A stretch of DNA of 32,802 nt from assembly GCA_016235455.1 (NCBI GenBank), contig JACRKZ010000030.1, positions 1-32,802 on the forward strand, in the 5' to 3' direction. The translations under genes were made by a program, and so were the position numbers. This DNA is from Armatimonadota bacterium. GTDB taxonomy: Bacteria > Armatimonadota > UBA10988. Positions 19,020-27,834 of this stretch are shown one piece after another (position 1 is the first letter of the stretch; every line of letters begins with the position of its first letter). Below the pieces are notes generated by a model. It saw only the letters and a list, made by a program, of their open reading frames with translations, was not told where the DNA came from and did no database searches.

Positions 19020-19076
19020 GAGTGGCTCCTGCCCTACGGTTGGCCGCTGGTGGCGCGGCTCCTGCCTGCGGAACAG

Positions 19077-19110
19077 AACGGCGGCGACAGCCTGAGCCGT
19101 CGCCGCCGTT
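19077..19110 (-). terminator. Hairpin/terminator after the SMP-30-like gene
   Basis: 12-bp stem AACGGCGGCGAC / GTCGCCGCCGTT. Confidence 0.6.
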
Positions 19111-19131
19111 GACTGTGCCCGCGGGCCTAGC

Positions 19132-20241
19132 TTACTTGAGCGACGAGCGGCCTGCGGCGCGCGAGCAGGGGCAGCGCGCCGGCAGCACCAGGTCGGCGAT
19201 GTCGGCCACGACCAACGTCGCGGGCATGTCCCACTTGGTGTTGACCATGCCGGGGAACGGGAAGTCCATGTTCGAGGCGACCACGGTATGGCCGCGAACC
19301 AGGGCTTCGCACGGCTGGTCGAGCCGGCCGGCCAGCTTGCCCTTCTGGCCGACGGCCTCGGGCGAAATGGCCAGCGTCAGGACCTCGCCGCACGGCATGA
19401 TGGCGCGAATGGCGTTGCCCGCGGAGTCGGCGACATACAGGATGTCGGAGCGCCGGTCGCAGCTCATGCCGTCGCAGTTGAGCATTTCGGGGCTCTTGGC
19501 GAACAGCGCCTGGCTGGCCACCTTGCCCGCGGCGTCGAAGGTCAGCTTGTGGATCTCGCCCTCGCCGAACAGGCCGACAAACAGGTTGCCCTTGCTGTCG
19601 AAAGCGATGCCATCGGCACCAAAGCGCCAAGTGTCCAGGCTCGACTTGAAGGTGGCGATGATGTGCGGGTCGTTCTTGACCGGCGTGGTCAGCGTGATGT
19701 TCTCGTCGGTCAGCTTGAACTTCAGCACGGCGCTGGTCAGCGGATGCGAGTCCTCTTCCATGACCGACTCGGTGATGTAGATGCTATCGCCCCGGATGGC
19801 CAGGCCGTTGGCCACGTTGAAGCCCTTGGCCACGAGCGTCATGCCGGTCGGCTTGCCGTCCCGGACGTTGATGCGCCACAGCTTCGACTTCTGGTTCTTG
19901 TCGGTGAAATACTGCATATCGGCCAGGAAGATATCGCCCGACTCGGCGCGGCAAATACCCATCGCGCCGACGCGACCCAGGGGCCCGGCTTCGACGCTGG
20001 GCAGCGTGTACCACACCTCGGGCTTGTTGTCCGGCGAGACCTTGATCAGCAGCGGCGGCTGGGCCGGGTTGTTGAAGTTGGGCGCCGAGAGGATGATGCT
20101 GCCATCGGGCTGCAGGGTCATGCCGTCGGGCGTGTTGACACAGCCGGGCAGCGCACACAGCAGCCGCGTGCCGGCCATCGACGGCAGGGCCGCGACCAGC
20201 AGCAGCAACATCCAGCGCGTGGATCGGGGCATCTTCACCAT
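19132..20241 (-). CDS. Secreted SMP-30/gluconolactonase-like beta-propeller protein
   Basis: Signal peptide; repeated blade motifs NTPDGM, ANGLA, GADGIAFDSKGNLFV, CDGM..LYVADS; GGGAG RBS before ATG 20241. Confidence 0.85.
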   Translation of the reverse strand: MVKMPRSTRWMLLLLVAALPSMAGTRLLCALPGCVNTPDGMTLQPDGSIILSAPNFNNPAQPPLLIKVSPDNKPEVWYTLPSVEAGPLGRVGAMGICRAESGDIFLADMQYFTDKNQKSKLWRINVRDGKPTGMTLVAKGFNVANGLAIRGDSIYITESVMEEDSHPLTSAVLKFKLTDENITLTTPVKNDPHIIATFKSSLDTWRFGADGIAFDSKGNLFVGLFGEGEIHKLTFDAAGKVASQALFAKSPEMLNCDGMSCDRRSDILYVADSAGNAIRAIMPCGEVLTLAISPEAVGQKGKLAGRLDQPCEALVRGHTVVASNMDFPFPGMVNTKWDMPATLVVADIADLVLPARCPCSRAAGRSSLK

Positions 20242-20353
20242 GGTTCTCCCTCGGGCTGGAGTGTAGCAGATCCCCATGGACGGCGCACGCGGAGAACGCC
20301 GCCCGCCTTGCGGTCGTTGTAACTGGGCAGGTACACTCGGAGCGGGGTAGACC

Positions 20354-21376
20354 ATGCCACGACGACCCAAGCGCCAATGGCACGCGCAGAACGACTCGCC
20401 CGGCTGCGCGCGCTTCGGCGTGGGCTGCGGCGCGCTGTTCTCCATGCAGGTGGTCGTGTTCCTGCTCATTGCGCTGGCCGGCACCGGCACCGGCGCGTCG
20501 TGGCTCATGCCCGTGCTGGTCGCGGCCATGGTTGCCGCGTATCTGGCCGTGCCGTCGCTGATCCGCGGCGCGGCGCGCGCCGGCATCACCACCGACGACG
20601 AAGGCGTCACCGAGTGGTACCCGCTGTTCTTTCGGCGACGCGTGCGCTGGGCCGACTTGACCATGGTGGAGGCCAGCGACTTCCGCGCCGTGCTGGCTCA
20701 TCCGCGCGGCCGAGTGGTGCTGGAGCCGCCCCTGGCCGACTGGGCGCAGCTCGCGGGCCGCGCCCAGCGTCAGATGGGCTGCGAGCCGACCATCGAGCTG
20801 CACGAGGACGACGTGCTGACGCTGCCGCCCGACGAGGTGGCCGCCTGGCTGGGCATCGCCCGCGACGGCGAGCTGTCGTGCGTGTCTCGCTTCCATCGGC
20901 GCTGGGTCTGGTGGCTGGTGGCGCCGCTGCTGGTGATCGGCCTCATGTTCGCCTCCAGCCTGTTCTTCATCGCCTTCGTGGGGCTCTATGCCAGCGGTCT
21001 GGCGGCAGTCACCGGCCGGCGGCGCGACCGCCGCGTGCACGAAATCCGCGCGAGTGCCAACAGCCTGGATGTGCGCAGCGACGCCGGCTGGCGCACGCTG
21101 TCGTGGGGCGGCATCAAGGACCTGACCAAGACTGGGCTGTTCTGGGTGGTGCATACCGTCGACGGGGATGTCTGGCTGCCGCCGCGCCTGTCCAACGTCG
21201 ACCCGCTGCTCCACGCCATCCGCGGAGCCATCGAGGCGCGTCGCCAGGGCTGGGCGCTGCCGCGCGCCGTGGGCGATGTGCCCGAGTCGGCGCTGTCGCG
21301 CGCGGAGCTACGGGTGGAGACCGAGCGTGGGCTGAGCGTGACCGGCTGGACGGGTGAGGAACAGGGCGATGGGTAA
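20354..21376 (+). CDS. Uncharacterised membrane protein, array paralog 1 ([TM-TM-PH-like]x2)
   Basis: Aligns by eye with the four downstream paralogs; RQWHAQN start motif and VPESALSRAELRVETERGLS tail. Confidence 0.9.
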   Translation: MPRRPKRQWHAQNDSPGCARFGVGCGALFSMQVVVFLLIALAGTGTGASWLMPVLVAAMVAAYLAVPSLIRGAARAGITTDDEGVTEWYPLFFRRRVRWADLTMVEASDFRAVLAHPRGRVVLEPPLADWAQLAGRAQRQMGCEPTIELHEDDVLTLPPDEVAAWLGIARDGELSCVSRFHRRWVWWLVAPLLVIGLMFASSLFFIAFVGLYASGLAAVTGRRRDRRVHEIRASANSLDVRSDAGWRTLSWGGIKDLTKTGLFWVVHTVDGDVWLPPRLSNVDPLLHAIRGAIEARRQGWALPRAVGDVPESALSRAELRVETERGLSVTGWTGEEQGDG

Positions 21377-22397
21377 GCGCCTCCGGCGGCAGTGGCATGC
21401 GCAGAACGACTCGCCGGGCTGCGCGCGGTTCGGCCTGGGCTGTCTTTCCCTGAATGTGCTGCCGCTGGCCGCGATGCCTCTGATCTCGCTGCTGGCCTTC
21501 CTGGGCATCAAGGTTGGCGGTGCCGGCATCATGCTCTTCCTCTCGTGGCTGGTTGTCCCCTCGGTGATCCGCGGCTCCCTGCGCGCCGGTATCCGCGCCG
21601 ATGACGAAGGCCTGACCGAGTGCTACCCGCTGGGCTTCCGACGGCGCGTCCTGTGGGCCGATTTCACCTCGGCCGAGGTCACGGACCACCGCGCCGTGCT
21701 CCATCATCCGCGCGGCAAGGTCGTGCTGGAGCCGCCTCTGGCCGACTGGTCGCGGCTGGCCGAGCGTGCGCAGCGCCACTTGGGGGCATCCGCGCCGCGC
21801 CTGGCCGACGACGATGTCGTGGCCTTGCCGCCTGAAGAGGTGGCCCTGTGGCTGGGCATCCGGCACGAGGGTGCGCTGGTCTGCACCTCTGGTTTCCACC
21901 GCTGGCGGCACTGGTGGCCGTGGCTGTTGCTGGCCTCGCTGGCGCTGCTGCGCTTGCCCGAAGGGTACCTGTTCTGGAGCGTGTTCATGGCCTACATGGT
22001 CATGCCGTTGACCATCGCCGCTTCGGGCGCCGGGCTGTGGTCGGTGGGTGGCCGACGGCGCGATCGGCGCGTGCGCGAGGTGCGCGCCACTCCGGCCAGC
22101 CTCGACGTGCGGTCGGAAGCTGGCTGGCACACCTACGCCTGGGGCGGCCTGCGCAGCGTGAGCAAGCGCGGCCTGTTCTGGGTGGTGGCCACAACCGACG
22201 GCGACCTCTGGCTGCCGCCGCGGTTGGTGGGTGGCGAGCGGCTGTTGCACGCGATACGCGAGGCCATCAAGGCGCGCCGCCAGGGCTTCGAGCTGCCGCG
22301 CCTGACCGGCGATGTGCCGGAGGCGGCCTTGTCGCGCGCGGAGTTGCGGGTGGAGACCGAGCGCGCGCTGAGTGTGGCGGAGGCAGACGAGTCATGA
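21369..22397 (+). CDS. Uncharacterised membrane protein, array paralog 2
   Basis: MGKRLRRQWHAQNDSPGC...VPEAALSRAELRVETERALS; 8-bp overlap with paralog 1. Confidence 0.9.
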   Translation: MGKRLRRQWHAQNDSPGCARFGLGCLSLNVLPLAAMPLISLLAFLGIKVGGAGIMLFLSWLVVPSVIRGSLRAGIRADDEGLTECYPLGFRRRVLWADFTSAEVTDHRAVLHHPRGKVVLEPPLADWSRLAERAQRHLGASAPRLADDDVVALPPEEVALWLGIRHEGALVCTSGFHRWRHWWPWLLLASLALLRLPEGYLFWSVFMAYMVMPLTIAASGAGLWSVGGRRRDRRVREVRATPASLDVRSEAGWHTYAWGGLRSVSKRGLFWVVATTDGDLWLPPRLVGGERLLHAIREAIKARRQGFELPRLTGDVPEAALSRAELRVETERALSVAEADES

Positions 22398-23404
22398 CAC
22401 GCAGACGGCGGCGCCGGCAGTGGCACAACCAGATGGCCAATCCCACGCGCGGGCGGCTGGCAGCGGGGATCGCCGTCATGGCCGTCACCTACGGCCTCGG
22501 CATGGGCCTGATCTGGTTGACCAGAGGCGCTTCGCTGCTGCTCTGGCTGGTGGGTTGGCTGACCTTCGTGCGGCTGTGCCGCGGCAACTGGCGGCGGGGC
22601 ATCAATACCGACGAGGACGGGCTGATCGAGCGGTTCGCCTTCCGCCGGCGGCATGAGCTGCGCTGGGACGAGATCACCGCCGTGGACATGACCGACGATG
22701 AGGCCCTGCTGCACTATGCCGGCGGCACCGTGCGGCTGGCGCCGCCGCTGGGCAACTGGGCGCTCATCGCCACACTGGCCAGGCGCCATCTGGGCCTGGA
22801 GACCGACGAGACCGCGGAGGCGGTGATCCACTTGCCGTCCGAGCAGGTGGCCGAGTGGCTTGGCCTGGCGCCCGGCGCCGTGCTGCCGTGCCGCTCACGC
22901 CTGGCCTGGTTCACGGGCGGGCTGGCCGCCGTGTTCGGCCTGGTGGCCGCGGCCGGCCTGTTGTCGGGCCAGTTCGCCCTGCGCGCCATGGCCCTTGGCC
23001 TGCTCGGCGGCATGGCCACCTGGCCGCTCACGCTGTGGATCGTCAAACGCTACGGCGCGGCGCGGCCCGAGTACGCGCGCGTGATGGAAGCGCGCGCCGG
23101 CGGCCAGGCGCTGGAGGTGCGCACCGACTCCGGCTGGCGCACGGTGCCCTGGGGGTCCATCCTGCGCACCAACCGCAGCATTGCGGGCTGGACGTACGTC
23201 AGCACCACCGGCGGCGACCTGATGGTGCCGTTCTGGCTGACCGGCCGCCGGCGCCTGCTCAACGCGGTACGCGAGGCTATTGCCGCGCGCCAGGCAGGCT
23301 ACACGCTGCCGCGCCTGACCGGCGAGGTGCCGGAGTCGGCGCTGTCGCCCGCTGAGCTGGAGGTCGAGGCTGAGCGCGGGCTGAGCGCGGCCGAGGGCGA
23401 ATGA
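22394..23404 (+). CDS. Uncharacterised membrane protein, array paralog 3
   Basis: MTRRRRRRQWHNQ...VPESALSPAELEVEAERGLS; ATGA overlap with paralog 2. Confidence 0.9.
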   Translation: MTRRRRRRQWHNQMANPTRGRLAAGIAVMAVTYGLGMGLIWLTRGASLLLWLVGWLTFVRLCRGNWRRGINTDEDGLIERFAFRRRHELRWDEITAVDMTDDEALLHYAGGTVRLAPPLGNWALIATLARRHLGLETDETAEAVIHLPSEQVAEWLGLAPGAVLPCRSRLAWFTGGLAAVFGLVAAAGLLSGQFALRAMALGLLGGMATWPLTLWIVKRYGAARPEYARVMEARAGGQALEVRTDSGWRTVPWGSILRTNRSIAGWTYVSTTGGDLMVPFWLTGRRRLLNAVREAIAARQAGYTLPRLTGEVPESALSPAELEVEAERGLSAAEGE

Positions 23405-23473
23405 TGCGCGGGCGTTGCGACGGCGCGGTTTGGCCGCGGCGGGCCGGGGTATATCGCCGGCAGGGGAACCACC

Positions 23474-24520
23474 ATGGCGCTCTGGCGACGCACCCGGCAG
23501 TGGCATCCGCAGAACCCGTGCTCTGACCCGCTCGACACACTGCTCTGGCTGCTCGCGTGGGCGGCGCTGCCTGTCGGCCTGCTCAGTGGGTGGGGCCACT
23601 TCGCCGGCGGCGGCGCGCTGGTGCTCATCCTGATTGGGCTGCCCTGGCTGCTGCTCGGGACGAAGACGCTGGTCGTGGTGCCTGTGATCTGGGCCGTGGC
23701 CGGCGCGCTGTGGCGCGGCTCGTTGCGAGTCGGCATCCACACCGACCAGCTGGGTCTCACCGAGCACTACCCGTTCGGCGTCCGGCGGCGCATGCGCTGG
23801 CGCGATGTGACCGGTGTGCGACTGAGCCGAGAGTGCGCCATCGTCCGCGCGGGCCGCTATCGCCGGGTGCGGCTGGCGCCGCCGCTGGCGCACTGGGCCA
23901 TGCTGGCCGCGCGAGCCCAGCAGGCGGCGCTGGCCAACACCGGTGCGCCGCCGGCCTCGGCCACGCCCGACGACCGCGTCATCTGGTTGCCAGGCTGCGT
24001 GATGCCGACCGTGGACTGCGCCCACGTCAGGCCCACCGGCTTCACGGGCTTCGTCTGCGCGGAGTGGCTGCTGGTGGAGATGGCCTTCTTGCTCGTGCTC
24101 TGCTTCCCTGTGTTGCTGCTGCCGGTTCTGCTCTACGCTCTGCGCTCGCTTCGCGCCGAGCGCCTGACTGGGCGCCTGGAGCAGGGCCTGCTGGAGCTGC
24201 GCACCACGCAGCGAGGGCTGGATGTGCGCGATGCCGGCGGCTGGCGGCGCATCCCGTGGGCCGCGGTGGTGACGCTGTGGCATACCGAGCGGCTCGGCGC
24301 CGACTACTGGCTGGTCAGCACGACGTCGGGCGACCTGTGGCTGTCGCAACGCGTGGTCGACATGCAGGCTCTGGCGTCCGCCGTGGAACGTGTGGTGTTC
24401 GAGCGCGAGCAACGCGGCGCGCCGGGCGCCTGGGCACCGCCCGTGCCCGAGGCGGCGCTGTCGCGTGCCGAGCTGGCCGGCAGCGCGGATCGCGGGCTGA
24501 GCCGGCCAGTCGCCGGTTGA
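23474..24520 (+). CDS. Uncharacterised membrane protein, array paralog 4 (most divergent)
   Basis: RQWHPQN...GIHTDQLGLTEHYP...STTSGDLWL...VPEAALSRAELAGSADRGLS. Confidence 0.88.
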   Translation: MALWRRTRQWHPQNPCSDPLDTLLWLLAWAALPVGLLSGWGHFAGGGALVLILIGLPWLLLGTKTLVVVPVIWAVAGALWRGSLRVGIHTDQLGLTEHYPFGVRRRMRWRDVTGVRLSRECAIVRAGRYRRVRLAPPLAHWAMLAARAQQAALANTGAPPASATPDDRVIWLPGCVMPTVDCAHVRPTGFTGFVCAEWLLVEMAFLLVLCFPVLLLPVLLYALRSLRAERLTGRLEQGLLELRTTQRGLDVRDAGGWRRIPWAAVVTLWHTERLGADYWLVSTTSGDLWLSQRVVDMQALASAVERVVFEREQRGAPGAWAPPVPEAALSRAELAGSADRGLSRPVAG

Positions 24521-24573
24521 CGCGGTGGCCGGCAACCCGGTAGCATGGCGCGATACAACGAGGGAGTCGCGAG

Positions 24574-25351
24574 TTGTTCACAAGACGTACTGCACTGGGG
24601 GCGCTCGCCGCGCTCATGCTCATGGGTGCCGGCGCGCGGGCCGTGGATGAGATGCCCGGCCAGTGGGGCGAGGTGGGCAAGGACTACATCATGGGCAAGG
24701 GCCACCGGCTGCGGTTCCGGTTGGTCTCCATGGAGTACCGCGTCGATCCGGTGTGCATCGGCAAGCAGGCCTTTGCGCCCAAGGCCGACGAGAAGCTGCT
24801 GGTCGTCCACTATGTGCTGCAGAACGCCGAGACGACGAACCGAGCCGCCGGTGCTGCGCTTCGACCTGCTCGAGAAGTGCAAGCCCGCGCGGCTGGCCAA
24901 GGAACTGGCTGACCCGGCCGATGGCACCGGCACCACGCCGGCCCAGCCGCTGTCCGCCAAGCTCGGCCAGAAGATGCCGCTCGGCGGCTTCGAGCTGAGC
25001 GTGGACTCGTTCGCCACGGGCGTGGCCACCTGCGACGGCAAGGCCCCCAAGGCCGGCGCGCAGTGGGTGCTGGTCACGGCCACGGTCCGCAATCTGGTGC
25101 CGACCGAGGAGCGCTTCTCCCACACCTCCATCAAGCCGACGCTGGTCAGCGGCGAGACCGCCATCAAGGGCAAGTACCTGCTGCTGCAGACCGGCGTCGA
25201 CGCCGTGTTGGCCTCGTCGGTGCTGGCGCCCGGCGCCACGCGCAGTTTCCGCTGGGCTTTCGAGGCGCCCACCGAGTTGACCACCCCCAAGCTGCACCTA
25301 GAGTGGCAAGCGACCGACCGCAAGGCGGTGCTGGACCTCGTCGCGCCTTAG
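24574..25351 (+). pseudogene. Secreted protein with two DUF4352-like Ig folds, split by an apparent internal deletion/frameshift near 24835
   Basis: One frame gives a signal peptide plus APKADEKLLVVHYVLQN; another frame continues EPPVLRFDL...APKAGAQWVLVTATVRN...LAPGATRSFRWAFEAP; AGGGAG RBS before TTG 24574. Confidence 0.7.
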
Positions 25352-25423
25352 CCCGACTCATGCGCCCATCCGGAAGGTCCCTGCCCGCCGAGGCCTAAGC
25401 CTGGGCTGGCAGGGATCTGGACC

Positions 25424-26393
25424 ATGCTGCTCGGCCGCCGACGGCGCAACTTCCATCCTCAGAACGACACGCCTGGCTGCGCCCGGTCGACACTCGGCAC
25501 CGCTGTGATGATGGTGGTGTATGTGCCGGCGTTGCTTTACCTGGCGCGTCTGGGTGTGCCGTTCTGGCAGATGCTGCCCGGCATCATCGCGGCCCTCGCG
25601 GTGAGCACCACGGCCATGCTGTGGGCCATGAACGGCACGCTGCGCACCGGCGTCTCCACCGACCGCGATGGGCTCTGTGAGCATTTCTGGCTGCGCCGCC
25701 GCCGGCGCCTGCCGTGGGCCGAGATCACCTCGGTGGAGCAGAGCGACCAGGGCGCCGTGGTCCACCATCCGCGCGGCGCGGTGCGGCTGGAGCCGCCGTT
25801 GTCCGACTGGGCGCAGCTGGGCGCGCTGGCCCAACGCCACCTGAGCGGCGAGCCGCCCTGCCTGGCTGGGCATCGCGCGCGACGACGCGCTGGTCGACCG
25901 CTCGGGCTTCCACCGCTGGGCCATCCCCGCCGTGGTCGCAGTGTTCGTCATGGCCATTCTAGGCTACCGGTCCGGGAATGAGCTGCCCGCGTTCCTGCTG
26001 GAGATGGTCGGGATCGCGGTGTTGCTGGCCAGCGGGCTGCAGGGCGTCATTGGCGGGCGCCGTCACCGGCATCGTCGCGTGCGAGAGGTCCGCGCCACCG
26101 CCGACGGCCTGGAGGCGCACAGCGGTGCCGGCTGGCAGCGCTACGCCTGGGGCGGGCTCAAGAGCCTGCGCCGCATCGGTGTGTTCTGGGTGGTCACCAG
26201 CACCGACGGCGACCTCTGGCTGCCGCCGGGCCTGGCGCATCGCGAGCGGCTGTTGCACGCTATCCGGCAGGCCATCGAGGCGCGGCAGGCGGGCTTCAGC
26301 CTACCGCGCATGAGCGGCGAGGTGCCGGCCGCGGCGTTGTCGCGGGCGGCGCTGAGCGTCGATGCCGAGCGGGGGTTGTCGCGCGACGGATGA
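25424..26393 (+). pseudogene. Array paralog 5, frameshifted near 25859
   Basis: N-half (RNFHPQNDTPGC...QRHLSGEPP) and C-half (AWLGIARDD...VPAAALSRAALSVDAERGLS) are in different frames; about 17 codons missing relative to paralog 1. Confidence 0.85.
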
Positions 26394-26397
26394 GGCG

Positions 26398-26527
26398 GAT
26401 CTGGGAGCGCCAAGCTCCAGCTTGGCACATCGGCCGCCAGGCCGACGGCATTTGCCTCATCGGTCGAGCGCGACGGACCGCTCGCGACGCTTACGTATGC
26501 CAAGCTGGAGCTTGGCGCTCCCAGATC
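26398..26527. repeat. REP-like inverted pair (REPIN/MITE-like)
   Basis: Perfect 30-bp inverted repeat GATCTGGGAGCGCCAAGCTCCAGCTTGGCA (26398-26427) and its reverse complement (26498-26527) with a 70-bp spacer; each arm has an internal GCCAAGCT-nn-AGCTTGGC hairpin. Confidence 0.85.
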
Positions 26528-26585
26528 GGGCCGGCAAGGACCTGCGTCGCGGGTGCCGAACACCCCCTTCGGAGCTTGGTGTTCG

Positions 26586-27827
26586 ATGAGCAACGCTACC
26601 TTCCGCGAGCCGGCGCGCGACCTGCCGGTGGACGGCGCTTGGGATGTGGTCGTGGTCGGCGGCGGGCTGGCCGGCGTGGCAGCGGCGGTGGCGGCGGCGC
26701 GGCGGGGCGTGTCGGTGCTGCTCATCGACAAGGGTTTCGCCCTCGGCGGGCTGGCCACGCTGGGCAACGTGACGGTGTGGCTGCCGCTGTGCGACGGGCA
26801 CGGCCGGCAGGTGACCGCCGGGCTGGCCGAGGAACTGCTGAAGCTCTCCGTGGCCGACCTGGGCGCTGATCGACCCGCCGCCGGCATGCACGGCGCGCCC
26901 GGCTGCTGGCAGCCCGGCGGCGATGGCGACGAACGGCGGCGGCACCGCTATCTGGCGCGGTTCAACCCGTCAAGCTACCTGCTGGCGCTGGAGCCGTGGC
27001 TGTTGGCGGCCGGCGTGGAATTGTGGTACGACACGCGGCTGTGCGCGGTGGCGCGCGACGGTGAACGTCTCTCGCACCTGATCGTCGAGAACAAGGACGG
27101 CCGGCGTGCGCTCGCGGCGGGTGTGGTCATCGACGCCACCGGCGACGCCGACGTCTGCCATCTGGCCGGCGAGCCGACGGAATCGCTCGATAGCAACGTG
27201 CTGTGCGGCTGGTACTACGTGCTCGACAGCAGCGGCTTGCGGCTCCATGCCATGTCCCATGACTACAGCCCGCTGGCCCAGCGCCAGGGCGCCGTGGGGC
27301 CGTTCTACCGCGGCGACGTGGCGGCCGAGGTGACCGCCCAGCTCCTCGGCAGCCGCCAGAAGATGCGTGACCAGATGGCCGGTCTGCGCGCCAATCAGCC
27401 CGACGACGACGCGCAGTTGCTGCTGCCGCCGACCATCCCCTGCTTTCGCATGACGCGCCGGCTGGTGGGTCGGCATTCGCTGGCCGATAGCGATCGCCAT
27501 ACCTGGTTCGACGACACCATCGGCCTGATCAGCGACTGGCGCCGGCCCGGCCCGGTGTGGGCCATCGCCTATCGACATTTGCTCGGCACAACGGCCGGCA
27601 ACCTGCTCGTCGCCGGGCGATGCACCTCGGCCGACACCACCGTATGGGACGTGACGCGCGCGTTGCCCGGCGTCTGCGTCAGCGGCGAGGCGGCGGGCGC
27701 GGCCGCCGCGCTGGCCGTGCGCGGAACCCGCGGCGAGGCGACGGGTGTACCGGTTGAGGACCTGCGGTCGACGCTGGCGGACCACGGCGTGCTGCTCGAC
27801 CCGGCGCTACTGGCGCCGTCAGAATGA
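26586..27827 (+). CDS. FAD-dependent oxidoreductase (FAD_oxidored-type)
   Basis: [58 protein letters not shown]. Confidence 0.92.
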   Translation: MSNATFREPARDLPVDGAWDVVVVGGGLAGVAAAVAAARRGVSVLLIDKGFALGGLATLGNVTVWLPLCDGHGRQVTAGLAEELLKLSVADLGADRPAAGMHGAPGCWQPGGDGDERRRHRYLARFNPSSYLLALEPWLLAAGVELWYDTRLCAVARDGERLSHLIVENKDGRRALAAGVVIDATGDADVCHLAGEPTESLDSNVLCGWYYVLDSSGLRLHAMSHDYSPLAQRQGAVGPFYRGDVAAEVTAQLLGSRQKMRDQMAGLRANQPDDDAQLLLPPTIPCFRMTRRLVGRHSLADSDRHTWFDDTIGLISDWRRPGPVWAIAYRHLLGTTAGNLLVAGRCTSADTTVWDVTRALPGVCVSGEAAGAAAALAVRGTRGEATGVPVEDLRSTLADHGVLLDPALLAPSE

Positions 27828-27834
27828 GGTAGTC

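Noticed and set aside
24830-25865. Programmed ribosomal frameshifting at the two split genes
   Set aside because: No slippery heptamer or homopolymer run, and coding sequence is missing rather than merely shifted
26398-26527. CRISPR array
   Set aside because: Only two units, in inverted orientation, and no cas genes
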